64,000 nt of DNA from Tubiluchus corallicola. Lineage: Eukaryota > Animalia > Priapulida. Shown one piece after another: positions 12,858 through 27,183 of the stretch. The position numbers and the translations under genes were made by a program. Numbering within the stretch: the stretch's first letter is position 1; each line of letters starts with the position of its first letter. The stretch is from assembly GCA_030141605.1 (NCBI GenBank), contig JAQGDQ010000240.1, positions 124,001 through 188,000 of the forward strand. The letters run 5' to 3'. The notes beneath the pieces are model-generated. The model had not been told where the DNA came from and did not search any database. It was given only the letters and a program-made list of their open reading frames with translations.

Positions 12858-15800
12858 TTAAAGAAGGCAAATTACTGGATTGTCTCAGATATTTTTCGCC
12901 TGACTCATTAATTCTCACTTGAGTAGAACAGCTTAACAGAAAGTGATAAGGTCTACACGATATCTGAAGTTTTAGGTCTTAGATATAATACGCTCACACT
13001 AAAACGGGCAACTTAACATCTGCCCTATTTTTTTTTATCTAGTGGACAACATACACCAAACAGTGTGGTTGTCATCAGCTCACTTTGTGTTGGTTGTTGA
13101 TAAACTATAATTCTAGACTAATCACTTCGTTACAAAATGATTCATTTCTCATCTCAATTACAGCATAATTTTGCATATTTTTCCTTACTACTTTGAAATT
13201 TCAAAGACATGTTAAACTTGAAACAAACAAAGGCGAAGACCCTGCAGTGCAACTTATAAAGATCTCAGTTTGGCTCGACAAGTGCTAACAAACATCAGAG
13301 ACAGGAAAAAATATGTTTTGAAACAAATGTAAATGTAAATGTTTATTTACTGTACAAATAAAACATGCAAATAATATAAAGCACAAATTGCGCTTCAATA
13401 TTATGGAGACGTTAATACTAATTCTCGTAAACATAAACAGGATATCATTTTTGTCAAACTCTGTAGTCAATTCTATAGAAACTACTGAGAGGAAGAGTAG
13501 CACTGCCTGAGCAAAATAAAATAAATATAGCAGACATGATGGTGTAGCTGGCAGAAATCATCGTGATAATCTGGCTAAACCCAAAGATAAACATGGGGAA
13601 GTTTAAGAAAGAATCCGTAACAAAATTGCGATGCTCTTAACTACAGCTTGCAACTCTAGCTATTAACTCCGAATCATTGACTTTTGTGGCCAAACTTTTA
13701 AGAAGTAAAACGGTTAATTAACTTTTAAATATACACAGAGTGTATATTTAGTTGGTAGCAGGCTGCTTTAATATTTATTTTGCAACAGAAATCACAGAAT
13801 GATTTACAGACTGCGCTGCAGTGCTTTGTAACGTAGATAAAACATTTTGTAATAAAGCCAGTTTTTGGGAAGAAGGTGCTGACACCTCATTTTTGTCCTA
13901 TTTTCAACCCGATTCTGTTGCATTAAACGCAATAAGTGTTTGATGATTTCTTTAACGCGAGAAACATTCACCTGAAAAGCGTAAATAACACAGTATGTGA
14001 ACTGGACTTCTCAGCATTTAATAGAGAAGCATTTAAACGTCGGGTTAAGAAATGGCTTCTTTTCTGGTTGCTGCAAGCGAGGATCAGAGCTGTTTGTACA
14101 AATGACTTCAAGCGATATCTTCACGAAACCAAGAAACCAGAAAGTGTAAATGTCAAACGCTGATAAGCGGTTGCAACGTCGTGCAGCCAAAATCTCCAGT
14201 TTTCACGTCTCCTCGATCTCAAACAAGACACTTTTGAAGATCTAAATTCCTACAAATCCCCTAAAATTTTAACATTTGCCGAGAAAATTGTGAACCACAC
14301 ATAAGAGCAATGTTTACGACTAGTATTTTCTGTATGATTCTTATGTGTGCAGCAAAGCGCAAGCACGTAAGGTAGTGATGATTAGGAGGAAGAGAAAGAA
14401 GGAGGAGGAGAACGAGAAGGAGAAGGAGAACTAGAGCGAGAAGGATGAAGGCAAACAGTTTTCTGATGCATGGAAAAACTGCAAGGACCTGGGGAATTGA
14501 TGTAAGTCAGCCCATACCATTCAAAACAGTCAGACTTTGACTGAACCACAGTGATCTTGGACGGGTAAAGGTCACGGCTAAAGATTAACTTTCTCAAACG
14601 ATTTGCATTCTAATCTCCTCCTACGATTTTAACAGCAGATGCTTGAGACTTTTATTGAGCTCTCGCACATGGCACTAAAATGAGGTAGCTGAGACCCAAA
14701 CTGTAAAATAAGGGTCTCAGTTTTGGAGACTTTTGCAAGTGCAACTAGGTTACATTTTTTTGCAGAAAAGGTACCTAAAGAATTTTATAGTGAACAATAA
14801 CATTAATGTCTTATTTCTTGTTTCAGCTACTCAATGTCTCCTAGTTGGCCAGAAAATCGTGCTAGAAATTTTTGAATTTTGCAGAACTACAACAAATTTT
14901 TGCATTATAACATTTAAATGTATAGCATTTGGGGGGCCGTATGATCTGCAAGATGTCTTCCTAGGATGTACCAGGTGCGTCCTTAATATCAGTGTTGGAT
15001 CAAAGCAATACTTCGGCAAATCAAAGCAATCTTGTTTTTTATTGCTTCTGGTCTCAATCGCACAGTCGATTCTGATAGAATGATTTAATCAGCCGGGGCA
15101 GCCATGATTATCTAACTACCGTGAGCACTTTGATGTGATTGCCCCGTCAGTGTGTCTTCAAGAGATGACCTCTGCTGCATCTGCTAGCAACTAATCATCC
15201 TGCGTGTCGTCATTACAACTAGTCCTACTATGCGAACACCGCTCCGCTAACTACCATAGAAAAATGGCTTCGCAGCGGGGCTGCACAGATGCCTCAATGT
15301 GGAAGAGAATCACCAATCTGTTCGGGTTTCATCGGTTTTTTTCTCAACGATAATTTCTCGTTGAAAGTCGGCAGCAACATTCCAAATGTTATCATGTTTT
15401 CATAGCCGATTTCTGCCTTTGGCAAAAGACAGTGTTGCAGAAGGGTGCCCCAAAAGAAAAAGTTTTATAAAGCGAATTTAGTCAGTACAAGAAACGTCAT
15501 CCATCTGTGTCTGCGTACTAATAACAAAGTGACAAACATCTCACATTAAATTACCGAAATGCGCTAAGTTATACCATGGTGACTATTCTAATTTAATGCC
15601 AATTGGCATACTGGCACCTGCCATGTACTAGGTGTAGACAACTGAAAATTGAATTGTTTCTTACAGTAGCGAAGTGTCTCATGCATTGTAAAAGACATTG
15701 TCTCATACGAAGCTACTGCCCTGCGTTCTTGGCCATCTCGTACAAAGACTCTAACAAAGTCATCGACCGCTGTCCCATACAAGCTACTGACATGTGGCCC

Positions 15801-17704
15801 GTAATAAAAATTGGTCATAAGTATTATCAGCATGAATTCTGAACTAGTTTAATGAACCGCACATATCGCTAAGACGCTGAGATTTTAATCTGAAAAATCT
15901 GAAATTCTAGATTAGATTCAAGTGTTCATCATTAAAGTCCAATGAAACAGATCACAATAAACTACTGAAGTAGTCAAAATTATAAAGCACTCATATGGGT
16001 AACCAAGCTTGCAAATTTTTGAGAGACGCTCTTAACTTTAGCGCGCAATAACAAACCAGTACCAAAGGCACAGCTAAAGCAGTCACTACTAGATGCCCAA
16101 CTTACCTAAATCCGACGTCCAACTTCCAAAAATGTCAAATCCAGACAGAGATGAAATGTCAGAACAGCGACGAGTGTTCAGTCCTCTTTGCATCTTTCAG
16201 AATGTGTATATATCACTTTGTAGGACCTTCATTGGTACCACATGTTGACCATTAACACTATTAATTTCATTATATGCGAGTAAGCGTATATTATATTATA
16301 TTGTATTATGCACACAGCTACATGACTACACGAAAAGCAATATAATTTCACAAATATAACTAATTTTTGTTAGAGTGGAATTCGGTAAGTACTTCATACT
16401 AAACAGTGACAGCAAAATATATAGATTAGACAAATGCCTAGGCTAACTTGCCTAGATATTTTGACGTTCAATACTCTCTTTCAGTATCGTTTCATGTCAA
16501 CCTCGGGATATAGACACTTATGCATGTTTAATATTCATAAGTGGTAGATCCAGGAAAGGTTCTTGAAATGAGAAAGCACGAAAAAGAAAATGTTTAGAAT
16601 TTTGAATAGTAACGTAGCATAAAAAACAAAATTTATAGTATTCAAAAGCACTTTGTGTCGTTTGTACTAGGAAACTATAGTCCATAGTATCTTGAGTTAA
16701 ATAATCACTGTCTATCAGCACAAGAGTTTTCGACCAATAACAACATTGAATCAAACCTTTATACAACTGGAGAGTAGGTCAAGTGTTCGCATCACTGAAT
16801 CTTACCTAGACAATTAAACTAACAGGCCACCTGTGATCATTGATCAACACAAACACACACTTAATGAGCAGTATATTAACTGACGAAGCCAGAACCTTTG
16901 TGGCCACTGCGGGTGCAGAAGATATTTTCGGCAGAACTTGTCCACTTAATGCATGCATTTACCAAGTGGTGCATCTTGCACGTAAAACATGTTCAGTGCT
17001 GCTGGGTGGGTAGTGTTACACTTACACCAGATTTACACACGTGGTGTTCATTCTGCTCCTACATAGTATGGCTTCCCGATTTGAGGGCAGATCTAGAAAC
17101 AACAAACGACCCACCTCGCGACTAACACCTGCTTCGCAAAATTACCAATTTTGCGCGCTGTTATTTGAATTAAATTGATGACCTTCTTAATCGGTAGAAG
17201 CTGATACTAAAATTTCCACCATGGGTACTTTTTCTTACCGTTGCTGAAACCGCCCAGCAGATGGCAGCAGATCTGTTCTGTCTAAACAGGTCGCACAGCC
17301 GTCGGACATTAAGCCTATTAAATCCAATCCTTGTTGCAGAACATGCTTGGTATTCTACAGAATTTTTGCCTACATCTACCTCAGTTGACTAAAAAGAAAG
17401 TTTTTTGTCTTTGGAAACAAAAATTAAGACGAAAAGTACTGAGCTAAAACTGTATACTTGGTTCAGTTCAAAGAGTACTAAATGAAGACTACAGTTCAGC
17501 AAATATATTGCTAAACAATTTTATGTTAAGCAACAAGCAAAATGACGGACACAAATTTTTAAACTTTTAATTTGACACGATACTTTTTCGTGCTTATTTA
17601 AAAACGGTTGACAAATAGCAAGATAAACCTACTTTAGATCGGCTATTTATTTACAATGCGACAATAGCCATTATCTGCCTCTATCTCCGTTTTAGTCTCG
17701 CTTT

Positions 17705-17707
17705 CTC

Positions 17708-17759
<52 letters not shown>

Positions 17760-17765
17760 TCTCTT
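17705..17765. repeat. Poly-C plus (CT)n microsatellite
   Basis: Directly visible. Confidence 0.95.
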
Positions 17766-18310
17766 TTTCCCTTTCCCCGTTCTTTCTATTACAGAATGGT
17801 CGCGGACCTGCATTTTAGGCAGATGCGTTATACACTTCATTTTACTCCGCTTTGATTTGGTTCATGACCGCAGTGAAAAAAGAGCCAACAAACGATCGCG
17901 CGTTTACATCTGTGGCTTTTACGAGTTGAATGTAAGATTTCTTGTGTTATGTTTAGAAATAAACACTGGGCTTTCTTGGCTTCTCTCTTCTTTGTGGTTT
18001 TAAAATAAACACATTGCTATGTTTATTAAAAATTTAATTGCTATTAGCGCTTTCAGCATTAGAATAAACACAAACGCTGTTATTAATGGAGGCCTTACAG
18101 AAATTAAATAAATGAGACTAAAAGAGCTAGGTAAACGAAAGAGGCAAACGTGTCGTTTTATTCGCGTCTAGCAAGGCAGTTGCCCGCGTGAGAATTTAAA
18201 ACAATCAAGGGAAAAATAAATCCTATGGTTATGCTTAAACTTATTTTGTTGACGTGAAAACGTCCAAATAACGCTGGAAAGAAATACTGATGCAGATATG
18301 TGTACATTCA

Positions 18311-18682
<372 letters not shown>

Positions 18683-19924
18683 TTTGGCGTGGTACACATT
18701 AAGTGGCACGTAACATCATCCATGTACAAAAGAAAGGAAAAGCATTTATGTACACATTTAATACTGTATGACAACGTACAGCGAGCCACGTTCGTTTCTC
18801 TAACTAAACTAATAATTTCTAGATTGGGGAATGTTATAACACAGAATGGCCTCCGTTCTTTCGTATAGTTATGGTATAATCAACAGCACCCGAGGTGTTG
18901 GCCCACTTGGCTGCATTAATATAAAGGTTGCGCTGCTAATCACAGTCTCGATAGCAAATTGTGGAACTGATGATAACAACAAATAATTCATTTACGAATA
19001 ATAACACACGTTTATAAACGAGAGCCTCGGAGTTTAGTTGCTGTGCCATCCAAAATACTCTTAAACTAAAATGAGAATATCCAAAAAGTTTCGTATTGGC
19101 TAATCCGGAAAGAAGACCAACGCGGATTTTTGCCAACAATGAAGGAACTTCATGGAGTGATGTTATATTTTAACCATATCAAAAAATATTTACATGCGAA
19201 ATCGAAAACATGAAACGCTACAAGAGTCATAAGGAACAAAAAATAATTTTTAAGTACGTTATTTAAGTACTAAACTGTAACTACTAAACTCCAGCTATTA
19301 CAGTAATGAAATTGTGTGATGTTTGGCTGATTACGTGCTACGCAGACAGGTATTAATCAGTCACGCGATTCCAGTCTTTACATTCTATGAAAAATAAATC
19401 AGAATGATATAAATTGCAATAATAAAATGCATGATAAAGATTATAAAATGTATATATTATAATAATTTCAGAGACAAACTAATCATGCCAATGCCGGAAT
19501 TTCTTCTCATGTGTGATAATGGTAAATTCTTGGTGGACAATGGTAATTTAGAAATCTGAATACTATGCTGAGCATATTAAGCGTTTTCACGAATTGGTGT
19601 CCAGACAAATACTATGTATTGATTACATCGCTAAAAATGAGACATTATTAAATGGTATAATTTTTTTTAAATGCCATATTGCTAAAACGTTTGATTTAAA
19701 TGACTAAAATAGCTATCAATGGCAATTTAAAAAATGGTTTTGCCGGTTGAGTTCATTTGTAGTTAAATGTTGTGCTGTTTGTTGTGTCACCATATTTCCT
19801 CATTGAAACTGCACGTACATTTTGTAAGTTTTGTTTCTTCGTCGTTCCTAGGACATACATTGTCATCTGCTCGATCCACTATATGTCATTCTTTCAAAAG
19901 AGAATTCAAAGAACCAGTGTCCAG

Positions 19925-20822
19925 CAAAAATGGCACATATAAAAGTGGCACGGTAAAAATGGCACAGGAAAAAATGGCGCGAGAAAAAGTAACACAGGGA
20001 AAAAATAGCACACATGTCGTTTTAATGGAATTGATTTCTGTTGTGAAAGTAGAATGACTGAAAGAACTCAGTGGGGAGCAGATATCTGCAAAAGTGAACA
20101 ATCCCAAACTTAAACAACCGATTTTTTTTTATTAAAAAACGTAAAACAAAGATAAACGAACAAACATACAAAAATGTACCTGTATTCGTTTAACATAGAC
20201 TAGCAAAAGACACAAAATATTTTATTCATTAAATAGAGTTATCATCAATAATAGACGAATATTTCTGCATAGCGTTTATCTACTTTCTTTAATCATTAAT
20301 TTTGGCGATAGTAATAATATATACGTATTTAAATATAAAGTAAACTTTGACAAGGCTGTATATATTAAAAAGTAAAGGTTATAGACAGCGTTGCACAGTT
20401 TTCCAAGCGATAATTTCTCGAAATGGAGCCTGAAATTAACACGTAGTTGTTTGTCCTGGTAAAGATAATAAAAAAGAAGTACTAAACATTTTCTCTGAGA
20501 CCTCCAAGAAGTGTTTCAAGAATGTTTTTTGTATGTGGTATTCGGTCAAGTTTGTCAACCTATACCCGCCTTCTTCTCAAAGTTTCGTGGAAATCTGTCA
20601 GGTAGTTTGGCTTAATAGATTTACTGTATAACAAACAGCAAGCAGAAAAACAATAAATAAACAAATGTGTTGAAGCATAACATTCCTTAGCAGAGGTAAA
20701 AATAATTAAAATAATTATCCCCCATAGTAACCCTAACCCTAAACCCACATTTTACTAAGTGTGCCATTTTTACCGCACAATTTTTTCCTGTGCCATTTTT
20801 CCTGTGCTGTTTTTACTTGTGC
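19925..20822. mobile_element. Foldback/MULE-like non-autonomous element with arms built from ~15-bp subrepeats
   Basis: Left arm (ggtaaaaatggcaca-like)n at 19925-20012 and inverted right arm (tgtgccatttttacc-like)n at 20760-20822. Both translate as KMAQEK on opposite strands in the ORF track. TSD not resolved. Confidence 0.6.
20560..20700 (-). mobile_element. Helentron-associated (HINE/DINE-1-like) end fragment nested in the foldback element
   Basis: The minus strand starts ttacctctgctaaggaatgttatg...tgtttgtt...gatttccacgaaacttt, resembling the widespread ttacctccgccaaggaggttatg HINE end (recalled, not searched). Confidence 0.55.
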
Positions 20823-23800
20823 AATGCAATGTGTCACTGTTATGGTAAGTTCGTTTAGGAGTCGTTGCTATGATATATGTTACGGTACAGCCAAGTCTAC
20901 CTAAATTAAGTAAGCCCTGAAACAGTGTGCTGGATATCAAGCTTGCAGAGCGTCGTACTGTAACGAAACTCCACACACAGAGATCAAATGTGAGGGCACC
21001 AAGATCAGATAAAAGATAAAAAACTATAAATTTAGGAAAAAGTCGATAGTGGGCATTAAAAAACAAAGAGCTTTTGTTCTTCTTTAACAAATAATTCAAT
21101 TCCTGTCTCAGCTGTATAACACAGAGGCTGAATATTGTGCCGACGAGACGTTAAAATAAACTGAGATTGAAAAATAAGATTAAACTTCAAACAACTTTTA
21201 CAACCCAACAAATAGCGTCTAATAACTATTAATGCAGTTGTTACGGTACCAGGAAGTTTGTGTATTTTAACGTCGGAAACAATCCCAATTTTTCACAATT
21301 TTGCTTTCAAACAAGCCATTTGAAAAAACGGTAAAGTAAAAGTTTGCTACTACTGCTACTGATGGTTCTGCTACTGATGTCGGCGTTGTCGCCACCACTG
21401 CTGTACAAGCGCTGTTGCTTACCGCTGGAATAGGACTCGACTGCTATTACTGCTGTGTCTACTGCTGTCGTCGTGTTTCTGTTGTCGCTGCTGCAGAGGT
21501 TGTCGTTTGTGAGTAATTTTGTAATGCTAGCTATTTTGTAAGTAATAATCAGCTTACCCGAATGTCCTTCACGGGCGGAGTGCAATTTCAACGACGTAAA
21601 ATCTGATCGCTACAATATGGCATAGAAAAGTTTTCGACAGATGAATTGAATAGTCTGTTGTATTGGTAATGTCTCTCAGCCGTCAGTAATGAACGAAAAA
21701 GCGATAGAAAATGGACGAAACGAAAATTAAAAGGAAAATAACAATAAGGAGGAATAAAAGGAGAGAAAAACGAAGAAAGGAAAAAATACAGTAGAGGAAG
21801 AAAGAAGCAAGAAACAAATAAAGAAAGAAACAAAGAAAGAAGGAAATAAAGAATCAGTTGGCCATTATATTTTTATATTCATTTTCGTCTTCTTCCTTTG
21901 TCTTTTATTCCATGTTTTTTCTCTGACTTGCGTTTTAGACAAACGCTTTTTGAAAATCCCTTTTGAAACGATAGGATTTATACTTTTTACATTTTTTTTC
22001 AATTCATATTCATGCCTCCCACCAAAACTTATTGAAACCTGTCAAGACTAATAATATATCCTTTTCGTCAAGAAACGCAATAACAAGAAACGTAGAATTA
22101 AATTTAGAGAAAATTTTACAAAATATTACTGTGCCTGTGACTTGGGAAACTGGGCCACATTTGTGGCATACGATTTCTCTGCCATGCTCATGAGCAAAGG
22201 AAAAGTCCGAGCGCCCTCTGGAAGGCTAATTTTAAACTAAATGGATGATAGCAATTTTTTCATTTGAGCTCACGCTGCAGGCGATAAGACGATTGAAAAT
22301 GTTGATATCTGCTAGAATCGTTGGTAAACTATAAAGGCTGCTGACGACTTTAACTTTGATAAATCTGATTCTCAGCTTGAAACAGTCTCTCCGAGCCAAT
22401 TTAGACGTCTATAATAGCTACCCTGCTCGGCTTGCATTCTGGTTCTGAGATTACAGAACACAAGAAGAAGTTGTTAAAAATTGAGAAATGACTTAAAGGT
22501 AATGTGTGAAAGGATAATATTGTCAAACAGTAGTGGGGAAGGAGCGTAGTTGCATTGTAATTACAGTGTAACACGCTGGCCATTCTCAAATTTCCAGCAA
22601 AATTTCAGCAACTTTTTTCTATTTACGATACGGACAGAGACCCATTCATCTTTGGTTTAAACAAAATCAAAAGCCCAACTAGACCTATTGCTTTTTGCAA
22701 AAATAGAGAAAATTGTCTACCTAGACATAGATCCATTTGGTTTGCGGCGATTTAAACCACGTTTTTTCAACTGCAGTTTGACAGTTAAAGTTGGTGACGT
22801 GTCGAGAAATTTTCAAGACAAAGTTTTCTTAATCTATCCTTCGTAACTTGAAAATATAGAGAAAGTTACAACAGAACTCTGATTAAAGAACTTCAATTTT
22901 CTTTTTTGCAATTTTCTTGCATTTTGCATTTTACTGCAAATACCATAATTGCTGTTTCATATTGAAAGGTTCAACCGACGTTACGTACTCTCAAAGTAAG
23001 GCTTCATGTCACATTTACAATTTAGCTTTTTCATCGCCGTCATAATCATCATAATCATCATCATCATAATCATCATCATCATCGTCATCATCACCAACAC
23101 CATAATTATCATTATCACTTTATGCTACCAAAATTACCCTAAAAGTAACTCACATACCAGACTTACAACAAAAATAACCTAAACTTTTCAATAAAGGTTT
23201 CAGTGAAATAAGTGTTTTTTCGTCTTGAACATGCAAAAGTGATGACGCGCGGACTTTTATGTAAATTAACTTTCTATTTTGCCCACGCTTTCAAATATAT
23301 GCATGCAGAGATGCATTATTACAACCGTTGTTATATACACGCAAGCAGTTACAAAAATAAAAGGCTATCATTACCAGACGAAAATTTATCATTTCAGCTG
23401 GTTTTTCCGTGTTTGAAGTATGTATTAGTTTGGCTCCACTGAAAGAAAAAGATAAAAAAGACAGGAAGAAAAAAAGGAAGAAAAAAATAAACTGAGAGAA
23501 CAAAAACAATGTGACATTTCATGCTTTTATTAAAGTATACAAAACAAGAGAATAACTTTGGTTAAATCATATAAAATATATCTTTGGCCTTTGATAAACT
23601 GACAATTGCTACAATGCCTAACAAGTGTAAACGTCTTTTATTTGAACACACATATTCCACACATGTAGTGTTGGTAAAAAAATCCCCTAACGCTTGCAGA
23701 AAACTTTTTTATAACTGCCAGATCGTGTTTATAATTGACTCCACGTCTTCAATGCTTCTAAATACACTCTGTAGATAGTTTCGATAATCCCAGGTTTTCA

Positions 23801-26140
23801 ATGTTTGTGACAAGTGTTTTTGTTGACATCAGATTTTCCACATTTGCAAACAAGTACCTATTTTGCGTTTACAAAAAGGATTCGCCAAGACAGATAGCTG
23901 TATAGCTATGACGTCTACTTGGCCACAAAGTTCAGCAGACGGCCACAGAGTTCAGCAAGGATGGTTCTTGTTAGTAAATGGATAGGTGAATGCTGGGAAA
24001 GCTGCTTCTAGGTGGTCACCACTGGCTTTTACTACCTCGTTCATGAGAGTGTATAGTCATCCGAACTGAATTTCGCCAAGAACACCTGAATTTCAGCATC
24101 TGATTAAAAAGTTTAACTTTAGTAATAGGAGCTCGCTGACAACTAAATTCCACATCTTTACCGTTTGCAACAAACTTTTTGATTACTTGTAAAAGTTGTC
24201 AGAACTCCCTGTAGAGTTGGCATCTTTGATGTTTGTAACAAACTGTTTGTAGACTTGAACTTCACTGGTGTTTGTAACTGACTCTGCTTTGACTGCGTCT
24301 TTTAAGCTTGTAGCAAATTCTTCATAAACTTGGTATCTTGATCATTTTAAAGACTACAGTAAGTTTTTGTACCCTTTGAGGTTTGTAATGAACACTGTAA
24401 AGTCCACGTCTTCGCTCTAATTAGCAGACTACCTGTAGTAACAAACCATATTATATTTGACACTTGATATAACATTGAAACCACTTAAGCATTATTGACA
24501 AAGCCGTCCTTAACAATGGTGCTGGTAATAAATCTCCTATCCAAAGTACGTTGATTATAAACCGTTCCATGACGGATGCTTTAGCAAACCCATTTTTGAA
24601 TAGATTGAAAGATGCCCTTGGATCACCTTCTTCAAATGGCTTACTGATTAGTTTCACACTAAAACCACTGTCAGCTAAAGCCGCATGTGAAACCCGCCCG
24701 CGCTACGAAACGTTTACCATTATTTTATTATTCAGTAAACCTTAATATAAGAGAGAAAATCTCTAAAAATGTCTGTTAATTTTCCAGAAAAGCAGACAAG
24801 AAGAAACAAATGCCTGTCATTTATTTATTTGATACTTGGGTTTAATTAGTGCTAAATGATAAGCTAACTGAAACTGTCCAATAGAACAGCGTTAAGTCTA
24901 AACTAAAATACTATAAAAGGAACTACTAAAACACCAACCTTTTAACAATGAAATCTGCACCTGTTCTAATATTATTTACACTTACTACCAGTCCTTAACT
25001 TTATGCAGGTATTTACATCGTACATAACCTATGATGCTTCCAAAAGATGATGTTTGCAAAGAATACACAATTACGCATCCAATGACTTGACACGAACATC
25101 AGACTATCGACAAGATGGTGTCAACAATAAGCTAAATCAGCTTATTTTCTACGGAGTTCGTGCACATGACTCTCAGCTCCGGCAAACTGCGTACTAATCC
25201 CTTTCAAGAGGTGTTTACAAAGCAAAAAATCATTGAATTCGAATCAGAGCAAAATTCGCTTGCCTTCGTTAATAGAGCAAAATGTTTGAAAACTCAAGAA
25301 GAAACAGAACAATCAGAGTCAATCATTCATTCACTCACTCACTCAATCTATCAATCAATCAGTCAGTTCGTCGATCAATCAATCAATCAAACAGAGATCA
25401 ATTAATAACATATTCTATTTGTGATAGGGTTACATACCTGTGTAAACTTTCAAGTACAACTATTAACAATTAGTTTATATTAGTATTAAGCCTGCAGGTA
25501 GCCTGCAACTAACTGACACAAACTTGTTTAAAAATGGCAGTTCGTTGTTTAAAACTTTAGGAAACAGTTGCTTCAGGAAAAGTTCAAGAACAGTAGAATT
25601 AGATTAAACAGCACAAAAACGGAATGTTTTGGATTTAATTCAATCGATAATAAACTCGTTACGCTCATAATTAATACCCTAAAAGCAAAGTTACGTTGAT
25701 AGAGTGCTTTCGTCGAATATGACAAAGAAAACAAAAGCGTCGAAAGCCCTCTCTAAATGGACGCTTTATGATGACATCTCGACAAAGATTTCCGTTTCAA
25801 CACTTTTTAACATTTTTGCTGCATTGTAAAACAGAGCTAGTTCTACTATATGTCGGGAAAAACTCTGCAGTAATCAACCCGAAAATGCATGAGTGTAAAC
25901 TCTGTTGTTCCTTTGCAAGCGTGAAAAGCGTTCAAGGGCATTCAAACCTCGTGAAAGAGATTCAGTACCGCAATTTATCGGAGTTGAGAATCATGCGCAC
26001 GAACTCCTTGGAAAATTTTAATTAAAACTAATTTAGATGATTGTTAACACCATCTTGTTGATAGAACATTTTAGGCACAGCTCTGATAGAAAAACTGAAG
26101 TAAACTATTACTACTCTCAACGTCGCACCCCCCCCCCCCC

Positions 26141-26573
26141 CAGTGTCGTATTTACCAATAGGTTAACTAGGCTATAGCCTAGGGCGCTAAAGTTTGAGGG
26201 GCACCACATTTTAGGTGCCCAGGTTAAAAAAACCTTATTCTCCTCGGAAAATGTGTATCCGTTCAAATTCATGTAATACTAGCATTGTATAACACATCAC
26301 AGGCAGTTGCTGAGACCAATTGCTACATCAGTGCCATATAACGAACATATACAAAGTATTACACAACAAGCAATTGCTTAGCATGCTTACGTATAAGTGG
26401 AGTTTATATACACGTAATTAACAATGACCATGCAGAAACTAGGTTAATTGTATTACTAATGCACCACACGTAATTGTTTAACCCGTTCGTTCATAAGCAA
26501 CCATAAATTCACAACACAGATGGATGGGATGGATCTATCAGCCTAGGGCGTCGTGAAGTCTTGATACCCCCTG
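26141..26573. mobile_element. hAT-like MITE inserted in a poly-C run
   Basis: Termini cagtgtcgtat ... gataccccctg (CAG..CTG), a subterminal gcctagggcg at both ends, and C-runs of 8 or more on both sides compatible with an 8-bp TSD. Confidence 0.65.
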
Positions 26574-27087
26574 CCCCCCCCCCCCGCCTTTACTTTAGAA
26601 CTATGCGAAATTCACTGCATAGAAGATCTCTCGTTAACATTGGTGTAATAATATGGATAACGTTTGCAAATTACGAAATAGCGCTTGTCAGACAGGTGGG
26701 CGACGCTGTTAACTGATAAATACTTATTGCCGTTGCAGCTATAATATATTGCTTCAAAATCACGAGTAAATATCCATGTGGTAATGCGAAATTGCAGTGA
26801 GAAGCTGCATTATGACAACCTCTACTACTCACTACAAAAAAAACTGGAGATCAATTTACCTTCAATTAATGACAAAAACTTACCTGCAGGCCGTTTACGT
26901 ATAGAACCAACTAGACAAAAATAACGTGATCAATGGAAAGACGTTTCTACAGCATCTACACCGCTATATATATATATATATATATAACCAACTTAATAGA
27001 TTATGGGTCTATATATATAAGTAGCAGCGGGAGTCATGCGGGCTTGCAAACTTAGTTGTGCATAATAACGCTTTATGTCATTATCTA

Positions 27088-27183
27088 GTTGTCATTGTCA
27101 TTGTCATTGTCATTGTCATTGTCATTGTCATTGTCATTATCATTATCACTATCATTATCATTATCATTATCATAATCATAATC
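27088..27183. repeat. Hexanucleotide repeat (TTGTCA)n drifting to (TTATCA)n
   Basis: Directly visible. Confidence 0.93.

Noticed and set aside
20727-20747. Interstitial telomere (CCCTAA)
   Set aside because: Only about 3 imperfect units, embedded in a transposon-like element.
24451-24745. Overlapping sense/antisense ORFs next to a strong minus-strand acceptor
   Set aside because: There is an in-frame TAG 12 codons after the acceptor and no recognisable motif.
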